Shown here one piece after another: positions 18,431-28,239 of a stretch of 64,000 bases of DNA (its first letter is position 1; the number at the start of each line of letters is the position of its first letter). This DNA comes from a virus. The stretch is from the IMG/VR virus record IMGVR_UViG_3300029922_000029, positions 44,700 through 108,699 of that record, one strand, 5' to 3'. Under the pieces are notes generated by a model, which had not been told where the DNA came from, ran no database searches, and worked only from the letters and a program-made list of their open reading frames with translations. The position numbers were made by a program, and so were the translations under genes.

Positions 18431-19190
18431 TCCAGAAGGCCTGGACGTCTCCCTTTTTAATGTCGGTCTCGTGGATCCGGATCGGCTCGTGGTGGAACCA
18501 ACCGCTCGACGGATCGTAGTGGATGATGGAGAAGCCAAGGCTCCAGTTCGGCGTCTGCTTCAGGTACCGGAACACGTCCATCCGCTTGTCACCCAACCAC
18601 CCCGGGCAGATCGCGACTTTAGGCTTCTGGTCGAGGCCTACCAAATAGGCTTCCTCAGCCCGGTGCACGTGCCCGTAGATATGCGATACCAGCGCGCGCT
18701 GAACACTGAGGCGAGGATTCGGGGCAAACGGCTCGTGACGGGCCCAGAGATGAGATCCCAGTACCTGGTGGCGCTGATCCGCGTGGTAGGGGATCCAGGT
18801 CCAATGCTTGCGCTCGTGCATCTTGAACAAGCCTGAGACGGAGTAAATACCGTAGAGCGGCATGGCATTTTGGATCAGGAACCGCTCGAGCCGGAACTCG
18901 TGATTTCCCTCGAGGTAGATCTTCTTGACGCCGTGAAACGCGGAGTCGAATTCATCCAGCCCCACATTGACGTCATCAATCTCTTCCTTGGCACTCGGGA
19001 TCACATCCGGGTGCCGTAGCCCATGCATCTGGAAACCGTAGAAGTCGGCGTAATCGCCGAGCACCACGAGTTCGTCCAGGCGGGGTAGCTTCTTTGCTAT
19101 TTTCATCGCGAGCGCGTAAGCCCGGCGATGATGGAAGGGGCGGTGTGTATCCGGAATCACGAGCGCGATCTTGGATTGTGCCATCTCCAC
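18408..19190 (-). CDS. Metallophosphoesterase (calcineurin-like)
   Basis: PDTH, LGDYAD, EGNHE, GHVH motifs. Confidence 0.85.
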   Translation of the reverse strand: MEMAQSKIALVIPDTHRPFHHRRAYALAMKIAKKLPRLDELVVLGDYADFYGFQMHGLRHPDVIPSAKEEIDDVNVGLDEFDSAFHGVKKIYLEGNHEFRLERFLIQNAMPLYGIYSVSGLFKMHERKHWTWIPYHADQRHQVLGSHLWARHEPFAPNPRLSVQRALVSHIYGHVHRAEEAYLVGLDQKPKVAICPGWLGDKRMDVFRYLKQTPNWSLGFSIIHYDPSSGWFHHEPIRIHETDIKKGDVQAFWNGELYRG

Positions 19191-19321
19191 AAGCCTGACA
19201 TGAGCGCGTCCTCAGTGCAAATTTTTACACTATACGTGTGTAGTCGGAGATTGGCTCTAGTGGCCCAAACTAATAAAATAATGCTATTGTGATAGTCTTG
19301 TCAGTATGGTAGCTTTCATTC

Positions 19322-20131
19322 ATAGCACAAGCAAAAGATCTAACAGATAAACAGTTTGATTTTCTAAAAGTACTAAGACGCTCTGATATTCCACGGACTT
19401 CACTGGGTACAATGTGGCTATGTGAATGTAAATGCGGAGAGAAGAAAGACGTGCCAGCCAGACGACTTGTGAATAAGCTCACCAAGAGCTGTGGCTGCCT
19501 GAGGCGGCGTGGTTTCCCAGAGAGGAAAATAGACCTTACTGGAGAAAAATTCGATCGGCTAAAAGTACTACGGGCTTTACCACGAGAACCAGGTGATCTG
19601 AGCTTTTCTCCTCGCACAGTTAAATGGCTATGCAAGTGCAAGTGCGGAAATGAGATCGTGGCGATAGCCAATAATCTACATGCAAAAAAGGTTAGGAGCT
19701 GTGGCTGTCTTCGTGATGAGGCGTGCACAAAGACAGCTAAAAGCAGAGCTTTCCCAGATCTGCAGTCCGCTAAGAACTATCTATTCCATATGTATACTCG
19801 GGGCGCAGAAAAGAGAGAACTCGAGTTCTCTCTTTCAAAAGAGGAGTTTCTGGTCCTTACTTCTCAAAATTGTCATTATTGCGGTATAGAGCCACTTCAG
19901 AAAGTAGCAGCGACCGCTAATAATCCAGATCTAGTGTATTTTTATAACGGCGTTGATCGAAAAGACAATGCTATTGGCTACACACTTCAAAACTGCACTC
20001 CCTGCTGTGGCAAATGTAATTTCTTAAAAAGAAGCACGAGCTACGAAGTCTTTGTAGCTCGAATAAGAAGAATAGCTGAGCATATGTCTCTAGTTAATAA
20101 AATAACTAATAATAATCAAATAGTTAAGTAG
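19322..20131 (+). CDS. Free-standing HNH homing endonuclease (probable ATA start at 19322; first ATG 19412)
   Basis: Two 'DLT...F..LKVL...WLCxCxCG...SCGC' repeats, then 'CHYCG...NGVDRKDN..GY...NCTPCC..CN'; AT-rich, antisense to neighbours. Confidence 0.85.
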   Translation: MAQAKDLTDKQFDFLKVLRRSDIPRTSLGTMWLCECKCGEKKDVPARRLVNKLTKSCGCLRRRGFPERKIDLTGEKFDRLKVLRALPREPGDLSFSPRTVKWLCKCKCGNEIVAIANNLHAKKVRSCGCLRDEACTKTAKSRAFPDLQSAKNYLFHMYTRGAEKRELEFSLSKEEFLVLTSQNCHYCGIEPLQKVAATANNPDLVYFYNGVDRKDNAIGYTLQNCTPCCGKCNFLKRSTSYEVFVARIRRIAEHMSLVNKITNNNQIVK

Positions 20132-20846
20132 CATTCAAAAGGGCAATTGGGACTATGCGATCATATTGACACGATGCGCCTTCCATCACCAAAACCGATC
20201 CGCTCGACAGCGAGAACTGATGCCCCTGCACCTGGACTTGCTCGAGGTAAAACGCGCCCACCGAGTTGAAGTTCGCATCCTTGAAGTAGAACGCGAGCCC
20301 GAAGCCCTGGTGGAACAGATCGGAGGCCAGGTTGACATAAAAGTGATCGGCACCCGGAGACTGCGCGACCTGGTGGAAATTGTCCGACCCCGTGTCAAGC
20401 AGACGTGCCAACGGATCCACCGATGTCGAACCGTCTTCCAGCGTAATCGTGGACCCGGATGGGTTCGTTCCGATGTTGACCCCGTTCGTGTCATTGTAGT
20501 AGTAGGCGTAGAAAGTCTTGAGGAGCGATGGCCCGTAGTAGAAGACGCGACCGAGCTGCACGCTCCCGATCACACGGCCTGGAATGAAGTAGCAGCGCGA
20601 ACTTCCGACTTCGAAGATCTTCTGAAGCTGCTTCGACTGGCTGATGCCGGCGTTTTCGATCAACCCAATCGGATAGACCGTGCCGACGGATGCCACCGGG
20701 ATCTGGTCGAACACCGACACACCCGAGAGTTCGGGGGGACCGGACGCGATCAGGGAGGTTTCAGCCGAGATGAATTGGCCGCCCGACAATTCCTGTTGGA
20801 CGTGGTAGTTTCTGAAGTCCCAGTTATTGAGTGCGGTTTGTGCCAT
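20124..20846 (-). CDS. Probable tail tube protein
   Basis: 240 aa downstream of sheath; 'IGLIEN...Q...IFEVGS...YFIPG' beta-rich tube-like pattern. Confidence 0.65.
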   Translation of the reverse strand: MAQTALNNWDFRNYHVQQELSGGQFISAETSLIASGPPELSGVSVFDQIPVASVGTVYPIGLIENAGISQSKQLQKIFEVGSSRCYFIPGRVIGSVQLGRVFYYGPSLLKTFYAYYYNDTNGVNIGTNPSGSTITLEDGSTSVDPLARLLDTGSDNFHQVAQSPGADHFYVNLASDLFHQGFGLAFYFKDANFNSVGAFYLEQVQVQGHQFSLSSGSVLVMEGASCQYDRIVPIALLNAT

Positions 20847-20876
20847 TTGCTCGTCTCTCCTCTAAATTAAAACAAT

Positions 20877-21263
20877 TTACCGTGCGATACTGTTTCCGCT
20901 AATGTCTGGGCCTGTTGAGCGAGTCATCGTGTCGGGCCCGACCGGGGTAGGCGCAGAACCCTTGGCTGGAGTCAGAGGGGCCTTGTTGGTCTGCTTGGTC
21001 TTTTGGTAGGCCTTGATCTTCTGGGTTGCGAGGGCTGTGCCGCCGCCCAACAGACCACCACCTACCGCGCCCTTCAGAGCTCCGCCCAGGCCACCGCGAT
21101 TGCCTTGCTCGTCTCTCCCCATAGCTCCTGTTGCGCCGCCGGCGACCGCGCCTGCGATCGCGCCACCCCGAACCAGTGGATTCTTGATCACTTTCTTGGC
21201 TGCGCCCAAGATTTGATTTGTATTAAAAGCGGAGGTTTTGAGAAGACCGATGGAGAATGTCAT
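20877..21263 (-). CDS. FSxGLxKxA-leader glycine-zipper protein
   Basis: MTFSIGLLKTS leader; GAIAGAVAGGATG and GAVGGGLLGGG zippers. Confidence 0.7.
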   Translation of the reverse strand: MTFSIGLLKTSAFNTNQILGAAKKVIKNPLVRGGAIAGAVAGGATGAMGRDEQGNRGGLGGALKGAVGGGLLGGGTALATQKIKAYQKTKQTNKAPLTPAKGSAPTPVGPDTMTRSTGPDISGNSIAR

Positions 21264-21266
21264 CGA

Positions 21267-23270
21267 TTACACGTTAATCGTGATGTCGAGGTTGTTCAAT
21301 GGGATCGGAATTCCCAAAGTGTAGTTCTCCAGCACTGCGTCGATGTTGACCGGATCCTGCGCGATCGAATTCACGACGCCCGAGGTAATGACTCCGCCGA
21401 TCTTCGGAAGGATTGTCTTTTCCTTCAGGTACGTCAAGAGGCCCTGGGCATTGCCTTTGAGTTCGTCGATCGTGCCGGCCACAATGTTGTAATCACCGAT
21501 GTACTGCTTGTGGTTGGTGCGGATAAACTTCGCGATAAAGTCGACGTTCTTGGTGACCGAGAACTCCTGGAACTTAATCGCAGACGTATCCGTTGTCAGC
21601 TGCTGGCGGATATAGAGAGGAGTTTGGTTGATGACGTCCTGAACAAAGATCATCATGCCGCCCGAAGCCATCACGTTCAGCTGATCATTGCTGAAGTAAT
21701 CATTCGAGTGCAAGACGCCCGAGTAGGTCGCCACGGCCAGATTGGTGAAGCCCTGCTGAGTAGGAAGACCCGTCGTCAGCGCGCAGACTGAGGCATTCAG
21801 GAAGTAACCCGGGAGTTGCCGGATCGTGGATCCCACAGGGATTGAGACCACGTCAGGCCAGGTCAGAACAAGCCGGCGATCGCCCAGCGCGGAAGCGTAG
21901 GAAGCCATGGTGGCTGCCTGCTGATCCTTGGTCAGGTTCTCGTCGATGAAGTAAGTGACGCCAGTCGCGGCAAAGGTGGGAGCCGTAGCCGCAACCAAGG
22001 TGAGGTGCGTCTGCGAGTCGACCGACGCGATCGCGTAGCGACCAATGACGTTACTTGGGCTGGGTCCAACCACATTCAGGAACTCACCTGGGACAACGCC
22101 ATCCGTGATGAAGGAAGCTTCTGAGTCGGTGAACCAAATATCGGCGCTCCCAGAAGGCCCGGAGAGGCCATCGGATCCGGTCGTCAATGTTTCCTCAGTG
22201 ATCGCTTGGGTCGTGACGAGCTCACGATTGATGATACCGACGCGCTCGAGTTTCTGTTCAGGCACGGAGTAATCGTCCACATGCGTCTTGAGAAGAGTGT
22301 GGATAGCAGTGTTCTCGGTCAGCACACCAATCGCGTACACGTCGACCAAGGCCAGGACCTCGAGCGCCAGGCCGTAAGCAATGCCTTCGTCGCCGGTATT
22401 AGGGCCGTCACCGTTATCGAGGTAAGCCTGTGGGAGAGCGAGGATCTGGTTCTGTGCGACCGAGTTGTTGATCGCGAGGAGCGCCGCGAAGGCCAGCGTG
22501 TTCTCGGGCACCAGTTGATCGGTCCCGAAGTCAGCCTGGAGGCTTGCGAGAGCCGTCGCGCCCGCGTAACCCCTCATCGAGGCCGAGTAATCGAACCGCA
22601 GCGCGCGGTAGCTCAGCAACACGTTCGCACTCAAGATCGGAACCGTTCCGAAGACAGCATGAACGTAGGTGAGGCCGACCGGGAGGCCCACGCCGGCGTA
22701 AGCCACCGTGACACCGCTCGTCGAAGTCGAGAGCAGGATATTGCCGATTGTTGCCTGCAGGTTCCGCTGCATCGTGTAGCTGAGTCCGGTCTCATTGAGA
22801 GCCGCGAACTCTTCATTCAGTTGCAGGCTGTTGTTATTCAGCTTTGCGCGCACGATATACGTACCGTCATTGCCCATGGTGCTGCCCGTAACAATCAAGG
22901 AATCGCCGGGAAGGATATTGGCAAAGGCATTCGTCGTGGCATCATCAAAGGTCGTAATCGTGGTGGCGTCCGTGGCGCCCGTCCCTGTAGCTGTCAGGAT
23001 CTGAACCACGACCTGAGCAAGGGTGATCGTCACCGGATAGCTGGTGAGATCAGTGGGATCCAAGGGCCGGCAATCGATCTTGGTCCCCGCCTGCTGACCA
23101 CTGAACGTAAAGACGGCCGCACTCCCTGTGTAAGACCCCTCGTTCTCGAGGCTGATCACCTGAAAGGCCGGTCCGACCTGCACATTGGGCAGGCTGAACA
23201 AAGCCAATGCAGGAAGAGCATTGACGAAATTTTGAGTGACGGTGACTCCGGGTTGTCTAACGACGGCCAT
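21267..23270 (-). CDS. Tail sheath protein
   Basis: N-terminal 'RQPGVTVTQ'; C-terminal 'IRQQLTT...EFSV...VDFI...PIPLNNLDIT' sheath-like; 667 aa. Confidence 0.85.
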   Translation of the reverse strand: MAVVRQPGVTVTQNFVNALPALALFSLPNVQVGPAFQVISLENEGSYTGSAAVFTFSGQQAGTKIDCRPLDPTDLTSYPVTITLAQVVVQILTATGTGATDATTITTFDDATTNAFANILPGDSLIVTGSTMGNDGTYIVRAKLNNNSLQLNEEFAALNETGLSYTMQRNLQATIGNILLSTSTSGVTVAYAGVGLPVGLTYVHAVFGTVPILSANVLLSYRALRFDYSASMRGYAGATALASLQADFGTDQLVPENTLAFAALLAINNSVAQNQILALPQAYLDNGDGPNTGDEGIAYGLALEVLALVDVYAIGVLTENTAIHTLLKTHVDDYSVPEQKLERVGIINRELVTTQAITEETLTTGSDGLSGPSGSADIWFTDSEASFITDGVVPGEFLNVVGPSPSNVIGRYAIASVDSQTHLTLVAATAPTFAATGVTYFIDENLTKDQQAATMASYASALGDRRLVLTWPDVVSIPVGSTIRQLPGYFLNASVCALTTGLPTQQGFTNLAVATYSGVLHSNDYFSNDQLNVMASGGMMIFVQDVINQTPLYIRQQLTTDTSAIKFQEFSVTKNVDFIAKFIRTNHKQYIGDYNIVAGTIDELKGNAQGLLTYLKEKTILPKIGGVITSGVVNSIAQDPVNIDAVLENYTLGIPIPLNNLDITINV

Positions 23271-23288
23271 ACGTTTCGATCTCCTTGA

Positions 23289-23966
23289 TCATCCCGACTG
23301 AATGAGCCCACCTGGGTTCACGGTTAATTGTAACAAAAATTTCCTTAACCGAATAGGGTCAACCCACTCGGTCTTCCAGTTCTCAGTCACCTGGACGTTA
23401 ATCAGCACGGGTGTGACTGAAAGTCCAGGCCTCGCGCCCTTCTGAATCAGAGCTCGTTGCCCAACTTGGTTCACATGAATCGTCAGGAATCCGAACCGCT
23501 TGAGTGCGGGACCGAACATCTCCACGGCTCCCGACACGATCGCGGCCAGACCGTCGGCCTCAAGCTCCTCACTCGAGTAGCAGGAAATGCCGACTGATCC
23601 GTTCAGGATCCTGGCCCGGTGGGTACTGAGTCTACCGATCTGGGCACTCCCAATCCCGCCATTGATGCCGGCGAACTGATACCGGATGGGTCCGCGCGCC
23701 ACCACCAACTTTGGCCTCGTGTCCACTGTCTCCAGGTTGTCGGTCGACTGGCCTTCGATGGCTATCTCCGAGCTAACTGGGTCCCCGATCACGTACTTAT
23801 ACTGAGGCAGTTGATTATCGAGCTGCTCGGTCTCAGAGAAGCTGGCGATACCCGGGAAAGTAGAAAACAAGGCCTGCAGAAAGCCAAGCATCGCGTTCTC
23901 GATGAACCGTAAGGAGTTCTGGTACTGTTGATTGGGATTGACCAGATCCTGCGGACCGTTAGCCAT
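23289..23966 (-). CDS. Probable tail terminator/completion protein
   Basis: Immediately upstream of sheath; 'RP.LVV.RG' and 'ISCYS....EAD.LA' pattern. Confidence 0.55.
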   Translation of the reverse strand: MANGPQDLVNPNQQYQNSLRFIENAMLGFLQALFSTFPGIASFSETEQLDNQLPQYKYVIGDPVSSEIAIEGQSTDNLETVDTRPKLVVARGPIRYQFAGINGGIGSAQIGRLSTHRARILNGSVGISCYSSEELEADGLAAIVSGAVEMFGPALKRFGFLTIHVNQVGQRALIQKGARPGLSVTPVLINVQVTENWKTEWVDPIRLRKFLLQLTVNPGGLIQSG

Positions 23967-24261
23967 TCATGGCCTCCTGGACTTCGTCCTGTGTGGGCTC
24001 ATAAAGTGACTGTCTCAACCACTCCGCGTAGTTTTCCCCGTCTTCGAAGGCAAGGTATCCAGCGGCGGCTTCAGGACTGATGACTTTAACCATGATACCA
24101 CCACCTTCATGGTATTCGCTATCATCGATTTTGATGGCGGTATCCGGGGTCCCGGTCAGGAAATTGCGCTTGAAGTCATCGATGACCTGGCCTTTCAAGA
24201 GTTCCCGCGGGATCGGGGCTTGCTCCTGGAAGAGGGGGTCGACTGACTGAAGGGTGATCAT
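23959..24261 (-). CDS. Hypothetical (neck region)
   Basis: ATG 24261 overlaps upstream TGA. Confidence 0.5.
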   Translation of the reverse strand: MITLQSVDPLFQEQAPIPRELLKGQVIDDFKRNFLTGTPDTAIKIDDSEYHEGGGIMVKVISPEAAAGYLAFEDGENYAEWLRQSLYEPTQDEVQEAMNG

Positions 24262-24587
24262 TTGGGTAACTCGGGCAACGGTAAACTCTTGCCCGCAAAT
24301 GAGTGCGTGCAATCAGCGCAGAAGTTGAGGATTCCGGAAGTCAGGACGTAATGGCAGACGGAAGGGATCGGATTGCCTTGTAGATCCCTGACCCACTCAC
24401 CAGTCCACTTGCCGCCAATCTTTTCTGTCTGGCTCCCTGAATGTTTGAAGCTCGGCTGGAACGTCGGCTTATTCACATCACCGTTGAAAGCCCAGCCATT
24501 TGGCAGCGGATGCATCTCTTCACAAGCCGGACACCAGTGCATGTAGCCGTCCGTAGTCTGCCGGAGGTACGGGCTTACTTGGCTCAT
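24258..24587 (-). CDS. DUF6527-like Zn-binding protein
   Basis: 'CPAC..H...W.FNGD..KPTFQPS...CH..L..G...FC.D'. Confidence 0.65.
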   Translation of the reverse strand: MSQVSPYLRQTTDGYMHWCPACEEMHPLPNGWAFNGDVNKPTFQPSFKHSGSQTEKIGGKWTGEWVRDLQGNPIPSVCHYVLTSGILNFCADCTHSFAGKSLPLPELPK

Positions 24588-24606
24588 TTGTGGTCGCTCC
24601 GAGGGT

Positions 24607-24831
24607 TCATCTGACTTTCATCCCGGGCCCCGGACTCACGGTATGCGAAATCGGCTTCATGGCCTTCCTGGCGTTCTGAGCGATCGGGTGACTCATCGTC
24701 GCGGTCTCGGGCTGTCCCGTGAGTGACTTCAGCCCCTGAACCGGATTACCCGGCTTGATGTCGGTCGTGATCCGCCTGGGTCTCGACATCGCGTTCATGC
24801 TGTTTTTTAGGCCCGTGGTGAAGGATCCCAT
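24607..24831 (-). CDS. Leader-bearing small basic protein
   Basis: MGSFTTGLKNS (weaker match to the leader). Confidence 0.6.
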   Translation of the reverse strand: MGSFTTGLKNSMNAMSRPRRITTDIKPGNPVQGLKSLTGQPETATMSHPIAQNARKAMKPISHTVSPGPGMKVR

Positions 24832-24832
24832 A

Positions 24833-25027
24833 TCAGCACAGCGCCGTCACTTCGGAAGGATGGTCTGGATTCTTATTGAACAGCCATTTCATACAGCTCT
24901 CCGTTCGGTTCGAGGAGTCTTTGCCGGTTGCAGGGGAATTGTTGCCCTCAGAAATCTTCGAAGGTGCCTTGATCGGGGTGTTGTCGTGGTGCTTGGCGAT
25001 CTTCTGGAGGCCGCGGGAAAATTTCAT
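24833..25027 (-). CDS. Leader-bearing small protein
   Basis: MKFSRGLQKIA. Confidence 0.65.
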   Translation of the reverse strand: MKFSRGLQKIAKHHDNTPIKAPSKISEGNNSPATGKDSSNRTESCMKWLFNKNPDHPSEVTALC

Positions 25028-25803
25028 TTGTTACCCAGAAATTTCTTACGAGAGTAGTTGGTCGAACTATTCATTGGTAATTTCCACTGCTGGTCCATAT
25101 AGCGTGTGTGACTTCTCATATGGGGTGATAAGTCCACAATTTTTCCACCAATAAAATTAGCATGCCGCATATCATGCAATCCAGGATACTTGGCCTTTAA
25201 CTTCTCAAGATGCTGTTCGGTTTCTGGCGATAGTTTGGGCTGTGTCTGGAACATTGCCCTTACGCGACTTCTGTGCTTATCTGCGCGCACATATTTTCTG
25301 TGACTAGCCTCATCGAAATCAATACGATCGCCTTCTGCTGGCCAGCGTTTATTCTCTAGGTCTTCAAATGCTTTGTGCTTTTGCTTGTAGAGAGTGTCGA
25401 TTCTACTGTGCATTTCTTTTGCGTGAGGTTTGCTGTATTCATAGTAACTCACCGGCTTTCCAGCAACTCTAGATAGAAGGTGTGCAAAATCACCTTTCCC
25501 TCCAGTTATCTTTTTAGTGTGCTTCCAGAGGTCTACTCTTTCTTTTTCCGCAGAAAGAGAGTCCATAAGGTGCTTGGGGTGAGTTGAGTCTAAGATCGGT
25601 ATTTTTCTAACCGCTAAACCGTGCTGTGGATGAAGAACCAAGTCAGCAATCTGCTCGCCTCCATGCCCCAGTCGTTTCACTTCTTTTGGATTAGAAACCA
25701 GTCCTTTTAGGCGGTCAATAGCTGAAGGGCTAAGATTGCCTTTAGCGATCTCTTTGATGAAGCGTGAGGTGGAGATTTTCTCAATGCCCCGTGAAAAGGT
25801 CAC
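25024..25803 (-). CDS. Leader-bearing protein-kinase-like protein (GTG start at 25803)
   Basis: (M)TFSRGIEKIS leader; 'LGHGGEQIA' Gly loop, 'AVRK', 'LHDMRHANF...IVD'. Confidence 0.6.
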   Translation of the reverse strand: MTFSRGIEKISTSRFIKEIAKGNLSPSAIDRLKGLVSNPKEVKRLGHGGEQIADLVLHPQHGLAVRKIPILDSTHPKHLMDSLSAEKERVDLWKHTKKITGGKGDFAHLLSRVAGKPVSYYEYSKPHAKEMHSRIDTLYKQKHKAFEDLENKRWPAEGDRIDFDEASHRKYVRADKHRSRVRAMFQTQPKLSPETEQHLEKLKAKYPGLHDMRHANFIGGKIVDLSPHMRSHTRYMDQQWKLPMNSSTNYSRKKFLGNK

Positions 25804-26012
25804 CGGCTCAGTGTCCCTGCATCTTGCGGAGCCGCGGCACCGAAGCCTAAGCCTGACTTCAGATTTGACCAAGCCGAGCTCATGCTCGTACCGCCCGATA
25901 GTGCTCCGGCCTGCATCTGCCTGGCCTTGCGAGGGTCGATCATAGGAGAGCTTGGCGCATCGGCGATCTTACAAATGAGGAGTGCATTTTTCTTCAAACC
26001 CTTACTGAACAT
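25800..26012 (-). CDS. Leader-bearing small protein
   Basis: MFSKGLKKNA. Confidence 0.65.
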   Translation of the reverse strand: MFSKGLKKNALLICKIADAPSSPMIDPRKARQMQAGALSGGTSMSSAWSNLKSGLGFGAAAPQDAGTLSR

Positions 26013-26950
26013 CAGAATTCTCTTTTCCGTTTGATGGCTTCAAGTTCCTTGAGTTTCACAGCAGCATACTTGGCATCGAAAGGCAGATGGTACTCAATAT
26101 CTCCGGGCTTCACTTCACTGACCCTACAGAATTGTAACATAGGAACTCTGCGCTTTTCAGTCGGCTGGATCTTCTCGAAACGCCAAAGCCTGCCACTCCT
26201 GATCTCCTTCACCAGATCGCCTTGTGTGACTTCTGGAAAATTGCTGAGCAGCACTTGGCTTTCGTTGGGCTGCATCTCACCCCAGGGCGTGATGTCGACG
26301 GTCTTGGGATTGGGGCTGTAATCCACATAGCTGTCGATCGCGCGGTAAAATCCACCCACCCAGTTGGTTCCGAAGCACGAATTGCACTTACTCAGGGTCC
26401 GCTTACTTTGGAGCTCGTCGAAGCACTTCGGGCACCGGATGCCGCCGCGGCGTCTCTGATAGATCAGCGATGGTACGCCGATCGTGTCCTCGAGGAGAAA
26501 GTTGTGCTCCTCCACGATGTAGAGCCCGATCAGATCGAGCTCGCCCTCAAATGTGAAAAGTTCGCTTTCGGTTGTCTCCTGCGTGCTGATTCGCTGAATC
26601 ACGAGCTTGTAGTAGACCGGCCGATTCAGCATCTGGAGGTTGACTGCCTGGTCGATGTACCACGGATAATCGAGCGCCGAGATGGGCTGCGAGATATACG
26701 CCGTTACGTTCTCGGCGTGCGTGCTGGCCGGGATAGGCTGAACCCGCGACTCCTTCTGCGTCATCATGTCGATGTGTTGGAAACCCGGGATGGCGTCTTG
26801 GGCCTCGGCTCTGAGGATGAAGACTTGGTGATCCTGCAGCACTGAGCCCGGGATATTACGCTCACAGAATTCCCACTCGATGCGGACGCGCGCTGGCGTG
26901 CGGGAGAGGGGTTGGGCGGTGTGGGATTTTAGGGTTAACTGGACTGACAC
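26012..26950 (-). CDS. Probable head-closure/neck protein with Zn ribbon
   Basis: Position between adaptor and tail genes; 'G.RCP.C...C.SCFGT.WVGGF', 'GDLV...RLW'. Confidence 0.55.
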   Translation of the reverse strand: MSVQLTLKSHTAQPLSRTPARVRIEWEFCERNIPGSVLQDHQVFILRAEAQDAIPGFQHIDMMTQKESRVQPIPASTHAENVTAYISQPISALDYPWYIDQAVNLQMLNRPVYYKLVIQRISTQETTESELFTFEGELDLIGLYIVEEHNFLLEDTIGVPSLIYQRRRGGIRCPKCFDELQSKRTLSKCNSCFGTNWVGGFYRAIDSYVDYSPNPKTVDITPWGEMQPNESQVLLSNFPEVTQGDLVKEIRSGRLWRFEKIQPTEKRRVPMLQFCRVSEVKPGDIEYHLPFDAKYAAVKLKELEAIKRKREF

Positions 26951-27688
26951 TTAAGTGAGACCTCGGTAATGGAAAATTTGAGAAATCTTTTTTAAATAGG
27001 CGTCTTCTGAAGCTTCCATTTTAGAGGATTGGCAGGTAAAGCAGGCTGGAACAGAATTATCTAAAGTATAGTATGACTCATTATTTAAGCGATCTACAGA
27101 GTTGCACGGCACTATTTCGCCAGTGCAGTTATTCTTTCTGTTAGAGATGTCACCACAGTAATGGCAAGGTTTTGAGGTGAGATGAGTATATTCCTCCTCT
27201 GATAAGCAGCTTTTAATATTACGTTTATTTGCACCATTCAGATGGTGTAAATATGAGGCGTGTTTTACTGCGCGGCCATTAGGTTTTTTTTGAGAGGTAC
27301 TAATCATTTCTCCAGTTTTGCATCCGCAACTTTTTACATCACCCTTAACTGCATTTCTGGATTTTTTCTCCACTTCATTCCCACATATACACTTAAAGAG
27401 CCATATGAATACCCCTGGCTCTTTACTATTGCGGACAAACTTTAAAGCTGTAAGGTACCCATAAGTTCTCCCAGTAATGTCAGCTGGCTTTCCGGTCTTA
27501 TGGCAAGTGCGACGCTGCCCCATTCTCAATTTAGACTCTATGACCTGTATTGCTCCGCCGCAGTCGCAGTCGCAGTTCCATAACCTTTCGTGCCCTGGGA
27601 CTACAGAGACCGCCGTAAGTTGATGAAACTTGTCGCCTGACTTAATCAATGCAGGCCCGTATTGTCGTGGCATCTGGATTACCCCCAT
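26951..27688 (-). CDS. HNH homing endonuclease
   Basis: WxCxCxCG repeats, SCGC, 'PCHYCG...DRLNN...Y..DNSVPAC..CQ'; AT-rich. Confidence 0.8.
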   Translation of the reverse strand: MGVIQMPRQYGPALIKSGDKFHQLTAVSVVPGHERLWNCDCDCGGAIQVIESKLRMGQRRTCHKTGKPADITGRTYGYLTALKFVRNSKEPGVFIWLFKCICGNEVEKKSRNAVKGDVKSCGCKTGEMISTSQKKPNGRAVKHASYLHHLNGANKRNIKSCLSEEEYTHLTSKPCHYCGDISNRKNNCTGEIVPCNSVDRLNNESYYTLDNSVPACFTCQSSKMEASEDAYLKKISQIFHYRGLT

Positions 27689-27708
27689 TACCTGATTGTT
27701 ATTGTCAA

Positions 27709-28191
27709 TCAGAAATCGAAGCCAATTAACGAATATTCTGAGGAAAAACCATCTCCAAAACCACCGGCTACGTTTTGAAAGATCTTGTAGTTGAGTTTTT
27801 TGCTTTCATATTCAGCTGCGAATAATGACACCCAGCGTTGATAATACGCTGTTTTATTACTTCTCAAAAAACTACTCCCTCCGGATGAGTATGTCAACTC
27901 ATTCCGAGACTGGTAAAGGCCTGCCATCTTCAAGCACTGGATCGCGCCACCATGCATGAGCAGGTAAAGAGAAGGGAAGTTGGTGATGTCGACCTTGGTG
28001 AGAAGTGGAGTGGTCGTGTTCCAGTCACTCAGAGTCATCAGGATAGAAAATTCCAGCCTGTCATCGTCTATCTCTTTACCGCGGATCAGCCGATTCAACT
28101 CCGGCGTATCCATGGTGAAATAGCGCAAGTACTTCTTAGCTTTCCGCATCCGTTCGGCCGCGGGCGTGCTGAGCTCTGTAGAGTCACTCAT
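27709..28191 (-). CDS. Probable head-tail adaptor (neck) protein
   Basis: Helical 160-aa protein downstream of capsid; 'D.PELN.L', 'RN.L.YS.GG'. Confidence 0.55.
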   Translation of the reverse strand: MSDSTELSTPAAERMRKAKKYLRYFTMDTPELNRLIRGKEIDDDRLEFSILMTLSDWNTTTPLLTKVDITNFPSLYLLMHGGAIQCLKMAGLYQSRNELTYSSGGSSFLRSNKTAYYQRWVSLFAAEYESKKLNYKIFQNVAGGFGDGFSSEYSLIGFDF

Positions 28192-28239
28192 CGTCTGATA
28201 ATAACACGCTCATCCATGAGCGCGCCACCATCCTTGGTA

